From NCBI GenBank assembly GCA_020435415.1, contig JAGQZQ010000001.1, forward strand, positions 26,228-90,227: DNA of 64,000 nt, given 5' to 3'. The stretch is from Flavobacteriales bacterium (GTDB lineage Bacteria; Bacteroidota; Bacteroidia; JACJYZ01). Positions 21,833 to 31,276 of this stretch are shown piece after piece. The position numbers were made by a program, and so were the translations under genes. The notes beneath the pieces were generated by a model. That model had not been told where the DNA came from. It did not search any database and was given only the letters and a program-made list of their open reading frames with translations. Within the stretch, counting starts at the first letter, position 1, and each line of letters starts with the position of its first letter.

Positions 21833-22291
21833 TCAGGTATTGAGTATGTTCCGGACAGCTTTCCATACAAGGGCGGGCTCAAATCCTTTTCCGATCACAA
21901 AATCCGCAATCCGTTTGTTTACAGCCGGACCGGATCGGCCTGAGGTTCCTGCCTTTTTAAGTATCCAGGCATCCAGCGCTTCCTGGTATTCATCATCCGG
22001 GATCTCCTCCATGGCCTTTCGGATGCAGTATGGTGATATGTTCCGTTGTTTGAGCTCCAGGTTGATTCGGATCTTACCCCAACGCTTTATCCTGAACTTT
22101 CCGCGGGCGAATGCACGTGAAAACCGTTCTTCATTAATAAAGTTTTCCGTGATCAGGGAGGCGATGAGCAATTCAACATCCTGGCGGCCCAGTCCTAATG
22201 TATAGAGTTTTTTGCGCACTTCCTGCTGACAACGCTCCTGGTAAGCACAATAATGGCGGGCTTTTTCTAGTATTTCCGGGGAAACAGACAT
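21833..22291 (-). CDS. recX: Regulatory protein RecX
   Basis: 152 aa. Three-helix-repeat pattern and RecX-like sequence (CAYQERCQQEVRKKL...). Confidence 0.75.
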   Translation of the reverse strand: MSVSPEILEKARHYCAYQERCQQEVRKKLYTLGLGRQDVELLIASLITENFINEERFSRAFARGKFRIKRWGKIRINLELKQRNISPYCIRKAMEEIPDDEYQEALDAWILKKAGTSGRSGPAVNKRIADFVIGKGFEPALVWKAVRNILNT

Positions 22292-22489
22292 GGAAGGCGA
22301 AACTAAGTATTCTGTGTGTCACTTTTTGAATCATACCTATGAAAGTTTGAAATCCGGATGAAACGTCCTTCGAATAAGGGATTGAATGAATCCTTCTAAT
22401 TAAGATTACGTATATTAGCAGGTAGCTAGGGGTTTTACAGGAAGACCAATCCGGCAAGTAGAGTTTTTTACGCGTCACCTCCGATCAGT

Positions 22490-23638
22490 ATGTTCAGAAT
22501 CAGATTAACCGATCTTGCCCGAAGGACAGGCGTGTTTGGGCTCCTGTTGATAATTTGCTCTTCAGGAAGCGCCCAGCAAAAAGCAACGGGCGATGGTGAA
22601 CAATTGCCACTAGTCGACGGGTCCTGCGGTTCTCCTACAGGTCCGTTCTTCGAATGGGACGGTTCGTCCTACTCCAATTACACACAAGCCAACACAGCAG
22701 GTAAATGCAATAATAACCTCACAGCCGGGCAAACATATTGCTATACCTTTCTCTATCCATCCACCGGTAGCCTTAATTTGAAGATTTATGTTAACGGGAG
22801 CTGCGGTAATTGTGATGGCAGTTTTAGTATCAATTCCGACCCTGCTTGTACCGGTGGGTGCTGGGGGCCATTTTCCAGTTTCTCAGGTTGCACCAACACC
22901 CTTTATAACTCCAGTTGTTCTCTTCAGGAGTCCGGAGGATTTGAGATGGGAACCGGTTGCACCCCAGCCATTACATGTAATACTACTTTCACCTGGTGCT
23001 TTACAGTACCAGCAGGTTGCAGCACCCTGGACATATGTCCCTTATCCAACTGTTCGGCAGGTTCCAGCAATTGTGCCGGTGGGTTGCCGGTTAAGCTTAT
23101 GAATACTCTGATAGAAGAACATGGCGAGAAAATCTTTATGGCTTGGGTAACAGGCACCGAAGAGAATAACGACTATTTTACAGTAGAAAAATCCGATGAT
23201 GGAATTCATTATCAGTTACTGACTACGGTTCAGGGCTCAGGCAACAGTTTTAAGCCAAAAAAATACAGCATTTACGATACGGAACCATATCATGGCATGA
23301 ACTACTACCGACTGTCCCAAACCGATTATGATGGAAAAACAGAGGTGCTTGACCACCTTGCGGTAAATAAAGACCCGGAAGGATTATCCATTTCATCTCT
23401 CTACCCTAATCCAGCCAACGATCTTGCACACGTATCCATTACAACCGAAACCAGTGAGCAGGCGCAGGTCCAGATCATCGACATGACCGGAAGATTGCAT
23501 TACCAGTCTTTCTACGACCTGAACGAAGGCACCAATGTGATTTATCTTCCCACCAATGAACTGCCTCAAAGCACCTATTTCTTCAGAGTTACCACCAAAC
23601 GGGGCACGGAGTATATCCGGTTTGAGAAGGTCAACTAA
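22490..23638 (+). CDS. Cys-rich secreted protein with a T9SS C-terminal sorting domain
   Basis: Signal peptide, about 30 Cys in the N-terminal 170 aa, and a C-terminal LYPNPANDL...YFFRV...RFEKVN T9SS CTD. Confidence 0.75.
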   Translation: MFRIRLTDLARRTGVFGLLLIICSSGSAQQKATGDGEQLPLVDGSCGSPTGPFFEWDGSSYSNYTQANTAGKCNNNLTAGQTYCYTFLYPSTGSLNLKIYVNGSCGNCDGSFSINSDPACTGGCWGPFSSFSGCTNTLYNSSCSLQESGGFEMGTGCTPAITCNTTFTWCFTVPAGCSTLDICPLSNCSAGSSNCAGGLPVKLMNTLIEEHGEKIFMAWVTGTEENNDYFTVEKSDDGIHYQLLTTVQGSGNSFKPKKYSIYDTEPYHGMNYYRLSQTDYDGKTEVLDHLAVNKDPEGLSISSLYPNPANDLAHVSITTETSEQAQVQIIDMTGRLHYQSFYDLNEGTNVIYLPTNELPQSTYFFRVTTKRGTEYIRFEKVN

Positions 23639-23808
23639 CCCTTCAGGGTGAACAATTATTTTCACAGTTTATGTTATCGGGATTTTATTACCTTTGCAGC
23701 CGTTCTTGATTGATAGTCGTAAGTCGCTAGTAGTTAGTAGTAAGTATATAGGCTACCGATGAATGTTATGTTTTTTCGACTAGCGACTAACTACTCAGTA
23801 CTAATTTT

Positions 23809-23889
23809 GGTGCGGTAGCTCAGTTGGTACCTGCCTGCCGTCGCGCAGACCAGGGCATCGGCAGGCAGGGAGCAAAGGACTGAAAATCC
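23809..23889 (+). pseudogene. Truncated second copy of the tRNA-Phe 5' half, with a 40-nt hairpin insertion in the D-loop
   Basis: ggtgcggtagctcagttggta + [cctgcctgccg..18 nt..cggcaggcagg] + gagcaaaggactgaaaatcc matches the 5' half of the real tRNA. After that it diverges and has no T-arm or acceptor 3' strand. A TAATTTTG -7-like motif sits at 23802-23809. Confidence 0.6.
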
Positions 23890-23966
23890 CTCCACACCAT
23901 TAAAGGTTGAGGTATTAAGTAAGGTAGGGATGGTTAATGGTGAGGAATAAGTAAAATATAAATACT

Positions 23967-24039
23967 GGTGCGGTAGCTCAGTTGGTAGAGCAAAGGACTG
24001 AAAATCCTTGTGTCGGGGGTTCGACTCCCTCCCGCACCA
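23967..24039 (+). tRNA. tRNA-Phe (anticodon GAA)
   Basis: Cloverleaf: GGTGCGG acceptor stem, D-arm AGCTCAGTTGGTAGAGC, anticodon loop CTGAAAA, T-arm GGTTCGACTCC, 3' CCGCACCA. Confidence 0.9.
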
Positions 24040-24040
24040 C

Positions 24041-24110
24041 AAAAACAGTTTGGAGCAAGAGCATACAGCATACAGTCCGTGCGGTAAGCTTCCTTGCTCC
24101 AAATTGTTTT
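24041..24110 (+). terminator. Long hairpin followed by a T-run, immediately after tRNA-Phe
   Basis: aaaaacagtttggagcaag ... cttgctccaaattgttttt: a 19-bp stem with one G:T wobble and a 32-nt loop. Confidence 0.5.
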
Positions 24111-24392
24111 TGTCCCTGTTGCTGTATGCTCAAACTGTATGCTCACTAGTATGTTGAGATAAACCCGTCAATGACTGTTTCCCTCCCACCAATAATTATC
24201 CCCAATCACTTACAATTACCAAACCTACCTGTCTATACGAAGGCTTGTGCAATAGCAGCCAGGTCGTCAATTTGACGGTTCGAAGTCATGTCGGTCAGCA
24301 CCACGAAAACAGCAACAGCATACAGTGAGTACATGCTGACCGTATGCTCTTGTTATTTTCGTCCTGTTGCTGTATGCTCACACTGTATGCAG
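24111..24392. repeat. Pair of 28-nt direct repeats (24115-24142 and 24363-24390, one mismatch), with inverted partial copies between them
   Basis: cctgttgctgtatgctcaMactgtatgc occurs twice. The reverse-complement fragment gcatacagcatacagt is at 24061-24076, and agcaacagcatacagtgag is at 24311-24329. Confidence 0.6.
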
Positions 24393-24395
24393 ATT

Positions 24396-25703
24396 TCAAA
24401 ACCTCACCCCAATCACCAGGATATCATCCACCTGTTCCTCGCTTCCTTTCCATTTCGTGAATTGTTCTTCAAGGATACGTTTCTGCTCGACGATGTCCTT
24501 GTCATGTATTTCCTTTAAAAGATCTCTGAACTTTTTCGTTTTGAATTTTTTACCCGTCCGTTCCCCGAACTGGTCTGCAAATCCATCGGTAAAGAGATAC
24601 ATCATATCCCCTTCCTGATACGGCACATGTTTGTCCTGAAATTGTTCCACCCCATTGATGTGTTTTCCGGCAATCGGGTAACGATCACCCTCCACTATGT
24701 TAAGTTCTCCTTTTCGGAACATGTACATAGGGCGCATAGCTCCTGCAAAGGCTATGGTCTTCTCCTCCCGATCGATACTGCATAAGCCGATATCCATACC
24801 ATCAGGAGACTCTACCGACTCATGGGCCTGGTTCAATAATTGCCTGATATGCTGATGGAGTTTGTTCAGGATGCCGGCCGGATCAGTCAGACGCTGCCCT
24901 TCCACCAGCAGATTGAGTTGCGTGAAGCCCAGCATTGACATCATAGCGCCCGGTACACCGTGACCCGTGCAATCAGCCACTGCCAGTATATCCCTGTTCC
25001 TGACACTTGCATGCCAGTAAAAATCACCGCTAACGATATCCTTTGGTTTAAAGAAAACAAATGAATTCGGGAGGCTTCCTGCCAATTCCTTTCCCTTTGG
25101 AAGAATCGCACTTTGTATCTTCCGTGCATAGCGAAGGCTTTCTCTGATCAGTTGATTTTGCTCTTCGACCTTTTCCTTTTCCTTCTCCAGATCAATTGTC
25201 CTTGACCGCACCTTTTCCTCCAGGCCCTCGTTCAGTACCTTCAATTCTGAATTAACGGAGTCGAGCATCTTCAAACTATTTTCCAATTCCTGACTCACCC
25301 TTTCCCGCTCCTTCAGCAGGTTTTGACGCTCAATGGCATATCTGATGGACTTCTCCATGAGGTAGTCGTCATATTTTCCCTTCTCCAGGTAATCCTGGGC
25401 ACCCAACTGTATGGCCCTCACTGCGGTCTTATGATCTGACAAACCTGTCATGATGATGATGGGAAGATGCGGGTACTTCTTTTTGATCTCAGTATATCCA
25501 TCCAGATGGGAACTGTCCGGCAGAGACAAATCCAGCAACATCACATCCACGTGGTAGCGTTTTAAGATATCCAGTCCTTCGCTCACCCTACTGGCGATAT
25601 GAAGCGCAGACCCCCTTAGGTTGGTAGAATCGAACAATTCACGAAAGAATTGCTGATCGACCGGGTTATCCTCAATCATCAATATCGACAGATCCCTATT
25701 CAT
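24396..25703 (-). CDS. Response regulator: receiver domain plus PP2C-type Ser/Thr phosphatase (RsbU-like)
   Basis: N-terminal REC (LSILMIEDNPVD..., Asp pocket), a central coiled coil, then a C-terminal PP2C/SpoIIE domain (SGDFYW...DCTGHGVPGAMMSM...FTDG). ATG at 25703 lies 2 nt after the stop of the upstream RR gene. Confidence 0.8.
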   Translation of the reverse strand: MNRDLSILMIEDNPVDQQFFRELFDSTNLRGSALHIASRVSEGLDILKRYHVDVMLLDLSLPDSSHLDGYTEIKKKYPHLPIIIMTGLSDHKTAVRAIQLGAQDYLEKGKYDDYLMEKSIRYAIERQNLLKERERVSQELENSLKMLDSVNSELKVLNEGLEEKVRSRTIDLEKEKEKVEEQNQLIRESLRYARKIQSAILPKGKELAGSLPNSFVFFKPKDIVSGDFYWHASVRNRDILAVADCTGHGVPGAMMSMLGFTQLNLLVEGQRLTDPAGILNKLHQHIRQLLNQAHESVESPDGMDIGLCSIDREEKTIAFAGAMRPMYMFRKGELNIVEGDRYPIAGKHINGVEQFQDKHVPYQEGDMMYLFTDGFADQFGERTGKKFKTKKFRDLLKEIHDKDIVEQKRILEEQFTKWKGSEEQVDDILVIGVRF

Positions 25704-26151
25704 GATTTTTTGGCAATCGGGCAGTCTGGAACCAGAACTGTTCGATTTGTCTGGCCACCTCAAAGAAGTGGTCGAGATCAACAGGTTTTGTGACATAACA
25801 ATTGGCATGATCATTATAACAAGCTTGAATATCCTGCTCGGAGGTGGAGGTGGTAAGTACGACAACCGGAATCTGTCTGAGCTTCTGATCCATCTTGATC
25901 TCTGCAAGCACCTCTCTTCCGTCCTTTTTCGGCAGATTCAGATCCAGCATGATCAGATCCGGTGTGGGTACTCCTTCGTAGCCGGAGATCTTTCTCAGAA
26001 ATTGCAAAGCCTTGATTCCGTCTGTCACTATATGAATATTGAACTCATGGTAATTTCTTTCCATGGCGGTTTGCGTCAGCTCGATGTCCTCCGGGCTGTC
26101 TTCTACAAGCAACACCTGTATGGGGTAATGAGGTTTATTTTCTGTGTCCAT
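25696..26151 (-). CDS. Single-domain CheY-like response regulator
   Basis: 151 aa. VLLVEDSPEDIELT...LIMLDLNLPKKDG...VVVLTTS. is the REC fold. Confidence 0.85.
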   Translation of the reverse strand: MDTENKPHYPIQVLLVEDSPEDIELTQTAMERNYHEFNIHIVTDGIKALQFLRKISGYEGVPTPDLIMLDLNLPKKDGREVLAEIKMDQKLRQIPVVVLTTSTSEQDIQACYNDHANCYVTKPVDLDHFFEVARQIEQFWFQTARLPKNHE

Positions 26152-26159
26152 ATACGGAA

Positions 26160-27353
26160 CTATTTAGGTAACGTGAAATGAAACGTGGTGCCCTTTCCGA
26201 GGCTTGACTCTACCCATATCTCACCGCCATGCTTGGTCACGACTTTCTGGCACATGGCGAGACCGATCCCAGTCCCCTCATATTCCTCTCTGGTATGCAG
26301 TCTTTGAAAGATGATGAATATGCGTTTAAAGAAATCCTCTTCAATCCCAATTCCATTATCCTTGACAAAGAATTGCCAGTAACCATCCACCTCATTGGCG
26401 CCCACTTCTATCACCGGACTCACACCTTCACGCCGGAATTTGATGGCATTGCCGATAAGGTTCTGGAACAGGAGTTGAAGTTGGGCGTTGATTCCCGGAA
26501 CCGTTGGAAGCGGACCGACTTTAATGTGCGCATTGCATTCGGAAATCCGAATCCTGAGATCGGTCATCACCTTCTGAACCAGATCAGCCACGTCTACCTG
26601 CTCAATATCCTCATCATTGGTATTTGAAAGTCTTGAATAGGTCAGAAGGGCTTCTATCAACTGTTTCATCCTCTTGGTTCCATCCACAGCCACATTAATG
26701 TACCGCTCGCCTTTCTCATCCAGCGTATCCTTTATATGGTTTTGCAACAGTTGCAAATAACTTGTAATGGCCCGCAATGGCTCCTGAAGGTCATGGGATG
26801 CCACATAGGCGAATTGCTCCAATTCCCTATTGGATCGTTGCAAGGCTTCGGTGCGCTCCTGTATGCGGATTTCAAGGAACTTATGACTTTGCTTCAACTC
26901 TTGCTCCTGGGTATATTTCTCCACAAAGAACTGAACCTTGTTGAGCAGAACCTGAGGATCGAACGGTTTGGTGATATAGCTGAACGCACCTTTTTCATAG
27001 CCTTTAAATACATTGATGTTTGATGTATAAATGGCTGAGATGAATATGAAAGGCATCCGGGCCGTCTTTTCTTCGGAGCGCAGGATTTCTGCCAACTCAT
27101 ATCCGTCCATCTCAGGCATCTGAATATCCAACAGGGCAAGCGCAAAGTCGTGTCTCAGCGTGAGCTTTAGTGCCTCGTTCCCGCTGCTTGCGCGGAACAG
27201 TTCAACATCAAGGTCCTTCATCAGCCGCTCGAGTGCAATCAGGTTCTCAGGCCTGTCATCAACCATCAGAATTTTGGGCCTGTCAATTCTCAGGTCCTTT
27301 TCAGGACTGGACACCTCATGCGGTTGGTCCATGGTCATCATTCCTTTATCCAT
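26160..27353 (-). CDS. Receiver-histidine kinase fusion (REC + HisKA + HATPase_c)
   Basis: N-terminal REC (ILMVDDRPENL...LLDIQMPEMDG), H-box SHDLQEPLRAI, and a C-terminal ATPase with G-box GTGIGLAMC. The start overlaps the 3' end of the upstream hybrid HK gene. Confidence 0.8.
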   Translation of the reverse strand: MDKGMMTMDQPHEVSSPEKDLRIDRPKILMVDDRPENLIALERLMKDLDVELFRASSGNEALKLTLRHDFALALLDIQMPEMDGYELAEILRSEEKTARMPFIFISAIYTSNINVFKGYEKGAFSYITKPFDPQVLLNKVQFFVEKYTQEQELKQSHKFLEIRIQERTEALQRSNRELEQFAYVASHDLQEPLRAITSYLQLLQNHIKDTLDEKGERYINVAVDGTKRMKQLIEALLTYSRLSNTNDEDIEQVDVADLVQKVMTDLRIRISECNAHIKVGPLPTVPGINAQLQLLFQNLIGNAIKFRREGVSPVIEVGANEVDGYWQFFVKDNGIGIEEDFFKRIFIIFQRLHTREEYEGTGIGLAMCQKVVTKHGGEIWVESSLGKGTTFHFTLPK

Positions 27354-30300
27354 ATTCTCATAAGTGAAAGTAAGCGTTCAATATCCACTGGTTTTGATAT
27401 ATAGTCGTTGGCGCCGGCATCTATGCACTTCTGCCTGTCTTCTTTCATGGCTTTTGCTGTAAGAGCGATAATGGGAAGATTACGGAACTGCGTATTTTTT
27501 CTGATCTCACGCATGCAGTCGTATCCATCCATTTCCGGCATCATGATATCCATCAGGACGATATCCGGGTGCGGTTGTTCCTTGAGTGCTTCGAGGGCCA
27601 CTATACCATTCTCAGCCTTTGAAATAATGAAGCCCTGGTCCTTGAGCACCTTGGACAGTGCGAAAATGTTGCGCATGTCGTCATCAACCAGAAGCACATG
27701 TTTATCGTGAAAGAGTCGTTCCTTGTCATATAAACTGGTGATCATTCCCTGCTTTTTATCCGGGAGGTTGTTCACCGTACGATGCAGGAACAGGGCGGTC
27801 TCATCCAACAAACGTTCTTCGCTTTTCACGCCTTTGATGATGATGGAATCCGCTGACATTCTGAGTTCTTCATTCTCTTCCCTGGTGAGCTCTTTTCCGG
27901 TATACACAATAATGGGCGGGACCTTCTTCTCCTTTTTTCTTTCCTCCAGCATGTGTATCAATTCAAAGCCCGTCATATCCGGCAATCCGATATCCAGCAC
28001 CATACAATCCACCTGCTGGTTATCGAGAATCTCCAGTGCCTGTTTTCCGGTTGACGCTTCAACACATTTCACGTCGCCGTTACCTATCAGTTTTTTAATC
28101 GACTTTCTCATCACGTTGTTATCCTCCACAATGAGGAGGTTCTTCATTTTACGATTGATAAAGTCCTCTATCCTGGAGAATGCTTCTTCCAGCTGCGGTT
28201 TGGTCACAGGCTTGGTCAGGTATTCAAGTGCTCCGGAACGAATAGGATCCAGGGTTTTTTCATTCACAGACATGATGTGCACCGGAATGTGACGTAGTGC
28301 CGGATTTCCCTTTAACTCCTTCAACACCATATGTCCGTCGATGCCCGGCAGATCAATATCCAGCAAAATCGCATGGGGCATAAATTTGGAAGCCAGCGCA
28401 AGTCCGTCTTCACCCGTGGTCGCCGCCAGGTATTTGAATCCTTTTTCATTTGCCTGTTTGGCCAGGACCCGTGCAAAGCCAAGATCATCATCAATGATGA
28501 GCATACATAGATCATCCTTCGTTATCTGATCCCTTTGATCATCAATTCCCGGGACATTCAGATAGCGATTATCCGTAAATGACACCGGCTGTTTAGGTTC
28601 ATGTTTCACCCACACTTCCTCCGCCGGTTTACCGTCCCCTTTGCTTATTATTAGTGGTATTGACAAGGTAAAAGTGGAACCTTTTCCGGCATCACTTTCA
28701 AGGCTGATATTTCCTCCGAGTAGTTTGGCCAACTCACGGGAGATGGACAGCCCCAGGCCGGTACCGCCATATTTACGTGCCGTCCCACCATCGGCCTGTT
28801 GGAAAGCTTCAAAGATCACATCCTGCTTGTCCTTGGGAATCCCTATTCCTGTATCGGAAACCATGACATTCAGATTACTTCCTGCATCTTTCCGGAAGGT
28901 TATTTTCACACTTCCTTCTTCCGTAAACTTCAAGGCATTTGATATCAGATTCTTGATCACCTGATCCATTCTCTGACGGTCGGTTTGAATGGTTTCAGGA
29001 ACGCCATCTTCTACAACCACACTCAAATCCAAACCCTTCTCAGATGCCTGTCTCTTGAAATTCCTCCGAATGTCAGCAGCTATTTCATGTACCGTCACCT
29101 TTGAAATATTCAGGTCCATCTTACCAGCCTCGATCTTGGAAAGATCCAGTATTTCATTGATCAGAATCAGAAGATCCTGTCCGCTTTTGCTAATAACCTG
29201 CGCACTTTCCACCTGATCTTCAGTCAGGTTCTTTTCCTTGTTGGCGGATAAGTCACCGGCAAGAATCAACAAGCTGTTCAGAGGCGTACGCAGTTCATGG
29301 CTCATGTTGGCCAGGAATTCACTTTTGTATTTGCTGCTTATTTCCAGTTGCTTTGCCTTCAGTTCAATATCCGTTCTGGCGGTTTCCAGGTCCTTGTTCT
29401 TTTGCTCCACCACCTGGGTTTGTTCTTCCAGTTCTTCGTTGGCGGCCTGCAGTTCTTCCTGTTGCTCCTTGAGTTTCTGGGCCTGTTCTTCCAACTCCTC
29501 ATTGCTTTGCTGCAATTCCTCCTGCTGGGTTTGCAGCTCACCGTTCAGCTTTTGCATGGCGGCCTGCTGTTCCTTGAGTTCTGTGATCTCAAACCTGACG
29601 GAAATGAATTTTTCGATCTTACCATTGACGTTTAGAATGGGGACAATGGTCGTATCCACCCAATAGTAACTTCCATCTTTGGCCTTGTTGATAATCTCAC
29701 CACTCCATACCCTACCCGTTGTGATGGCTTTCCACATACCCACGAACAAGCCGTCCGGTTGTTTGCCGGACTTAAGCATGCGGTGATTCTGGCCTATTAA
29801 TTCTTCGCGGGGGAACTTGGACACTTTCACAAATCGGTCGTTGACATAGGTGATATTTCCATCCACATCGGTAATGGAGACCAGAGCCACGTCATTCAGT
29901 CCTTCCAGTTGCTGCTCAATCTCCCGTTTGGCATTGGCCAATTGCGTACCTTTTTCCGTAGCTTCATCCAGCAACTGCTGAATCTTCATTTTGGTAATCG
30001 CAGTATTCACTGCCACTCCAAGCGTTTCCATGCTCCCCTTCACAAATTCCAACTGAATTTCTTCGAATGCCTGTGGCTTGCCAAGCTCGATAACCCCGAG
30101 TGAGCGGTCCTCAAACAGGAAGGGACTCACCAGGACGTTCCGCGGTGGTATATCCACCAATGTGGATTTCACCCGGATGCTCTTCTCGTCCACGTCATGG
30201 AGCATGATGGGTTTCTTCGCAGAAGCCACCTGACCAATCAGACCTTCACCCATTCCATACCTGCCGTTGCCATCGCTATTTGAGAATGCATATTTCCCTG

Positions 30301-31276
30301 CGAGTTCCAGGTCATTTCTTTGTTCGTTTTTAAGGTATACCGAACCGATATTGGCCTCCGTGTAATTGGCAATGAATTCGATCACATCATTCACCAGGGT
30401 GGTCACATCCTTATCTCCCTGAATCACATCGCTGAGTTCATTCTTTCCGGTACTCAGCCATTTGTACTGTTGGGTTTCCTGTTCTTTCTTAATCAGCGCG
30501 TCCCTCATGCGAACCATCGCATTTCCAAGCGCTGCCAACTCCGTAGACCCACTCACCGATATATCTGTGTCCAGATTTCCGTCACCAATATTTTCAGCCA
30601 CGTTCACTGCTCTGGCCACGGGCCTCACAATCGAACGCGTAATGAACCATGAGAAAATGATACAGAGTATGGAGAGAAATGCAAGTAGAGACCATTCCAC
30701 CGTGATCATATTACTCAATTGTGCCGTTGTCAGGACCTGATCATCATTCATAAATTTCTCCTGCTTCCGGCGCATGGCGTCTATCAAACCGGTGATCTCC
30801 TTATTGAGATTGACCATTTTACTCTCTATAAGATCTTCGGCGGCCTGCTGGTTGGTTGCGGCAACGTTCTCCACCTCGGTCTGGTACTGGTCTAACGTTT
30901 GCAACAAACCTTCCAGTCGGTTCACCTCATTCACCCAGGCCTCATGCTCCTCCATCTTCACCTTTTCCGTAAGCCCTTTCAACACGGCCATTGGCGGCCT
31001 GATCTCTTCATCCCATATCTTTCTTCGGCCTGACCTGTTGGTATCCTTACCCAGCATCACCCATCCACGAAGCTGGGAAATGCTTTGATGTACGCCTGCC
31101 ATCAATTCCAGGTCGGCATTTAAGGCCGGAGCCCTGAGCGTGTGAAGCCTGTCAGCGGTGGCATCTACATTTTCTGCCATCGAAATGATGATCAATACAG
31201 AAATGATCAGGGAGATGATCATCGCTCCATAACCGAAGCTGATTTTCTTTCCTATCGAGTCAAGCTTGAAATTCAT
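27338..31276 (-). CDS. Large hybrid sensor histidine kinase with an MCP-like sensor + HAMP + GAF + PAS + Q/E-rich coiled coil + HisKA + HATPase_c + three receiver domains
   Basis: 1312 aa. TM1, roughly 150 aa periplasmic helical region, TM2, then a HAMP-like segment. Central GAF/PAS region. Tandem QEELQ(Q/A)(S/A)NEELEEQ repeats. H-box MSHELRTPLNS. G-box GGTGLGLSISRELAKLLGG. Three REC domains (LIIDDD..., LLIVEDN..., LLVDDD...IVLMDIMMPEMDG). Confidence 0.85.
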   Translation of the reverse strand: MNFKLDSIGKKISFGYGAMIISLIISVLIIISMAENVDATADRLHTLRAPALNADLELMAGVHQSISQLRGWVMLGKDTNRSGRRKIWDEEIRPPMAVLKGLTEKVKMEEHEAWVNEVNRLEGLLQTLDQYQTEVENVAATNQQAAEDLIESKMVNLNKEITGLIDAMRRKQEKFMNDDQVLTTAQLSNMITVEWSLLAFLSILCIIFSWFITRSIVRPVARAVNVAENIGDGNLDTDISVSGSTELAALGNAMVRMRDALIKKEQETQQYKWLSTGKNELSDVIQGDKDVTTLVNDVIEFIANYTEANIGSVYLKNEQRNDLELAGKYAFSNSDGNGRYGMGEGLIGQVASAKKPIMLHDVDEKSIRVKSTLVDIPPRNVLVSPFLFEDRSLGVIELGKPQAFEEIQLEFVKGSMETLGVAVNTAITKMKIQQLLDEATEKGTQLANAKREIEQQLEGLNDVALVSITDVDGNITYVNDRFVKVSKFPREELIGQNHRMLKSGKQPDGLFVGMWKAITTGRVWSGEIINKAKDGSYYWVDTTIVPILNVNGKIEKFISVRFEITELKEQQAAMQKLNGELQTQQEELQQSNEELEEQAQKLKEQQEELQAANEELEEQTQVVEQKNKDLETARTDIELKAKQLEISSKYKSEFLANMSHELRTPLNSLLILAGDLSANKEKNLTEDQVESAQVISKSGQDLLILINEILDLSKIEAGKMDLNISKVTVHEIAADIRRNFKRQASEKGLDLSVVVEDGVPETIQTDRQRMDQVIKNLISNALKFTEEGSVKITFRKDAGSNLNVMVSDTGIGIPKDKQDVIFEAFQQADGGTARKYGGTGLGLSISRELAKLLGGNISLESDAGKGSTFTLSIPLIISKGDGKPAEEVWVKHEPKQPVSFTDNRYLNVPGIDDQRDQITKDDLCMLIIDDDLGFARVLAKQANEKGFKYLAATTGEDGLALASKFMPHAILLDIDLPGIDGHMVLKELKGNPALRHIPVHIMSVNEKTLDPIRSGALEYLTKPVTKPQLEEAFSRIEDFINRKMKNLLIVEDNNVMRKSIKKLIGNGDVKCVEASTGKQALEILDNQQVDCMVLDIGLPDMTGFELIHMLEERKKEKKVPPIIVYTGKELTREENEELRMSADSIIIKGVKSEERLLDETALFLHRTVNNLPDKKQGMITSLYDKERLFHDKHVLLVDDDMRNIFALSKVLKDQGFIISKAENGIVALEALKEQPHPDIVLMDIMMPEMDGYDCMREIRKNTQFRNLPIIALTAKAMKEDRQKCIDAGANDYISKPVDIERLLSLMRIWIKE

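Noticed and set aside
23830-23869. A tRNA intron in the 5'-half copy
   Set aside because: The insertion is in the D-loop and not the anticodon loop. It is only 40 nt, and the copy lacks the whole 3' half. A pseudo-tRNA or insertion scar fits better.
23791-24146. Minus-strand ORFs of 103 and 70 aa overlapping the tRNA-Phe locus
   Set aside because: They run antisense through a tRNA gene and its pseudo-copy. They have no signal or domain features. These are spurious ORFs.
27408-31088. Many 60-190-aa plus-strand ORFs inside the hybrid HK gene, plus similar shadow ORFs inside fumC, mfd, purH, mreB and the lipoprotein array
   Set aside because: These are antisense shadow ORFs within well-supported long genes. 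They are Ser/Leu/Arg-rich and match no domains.
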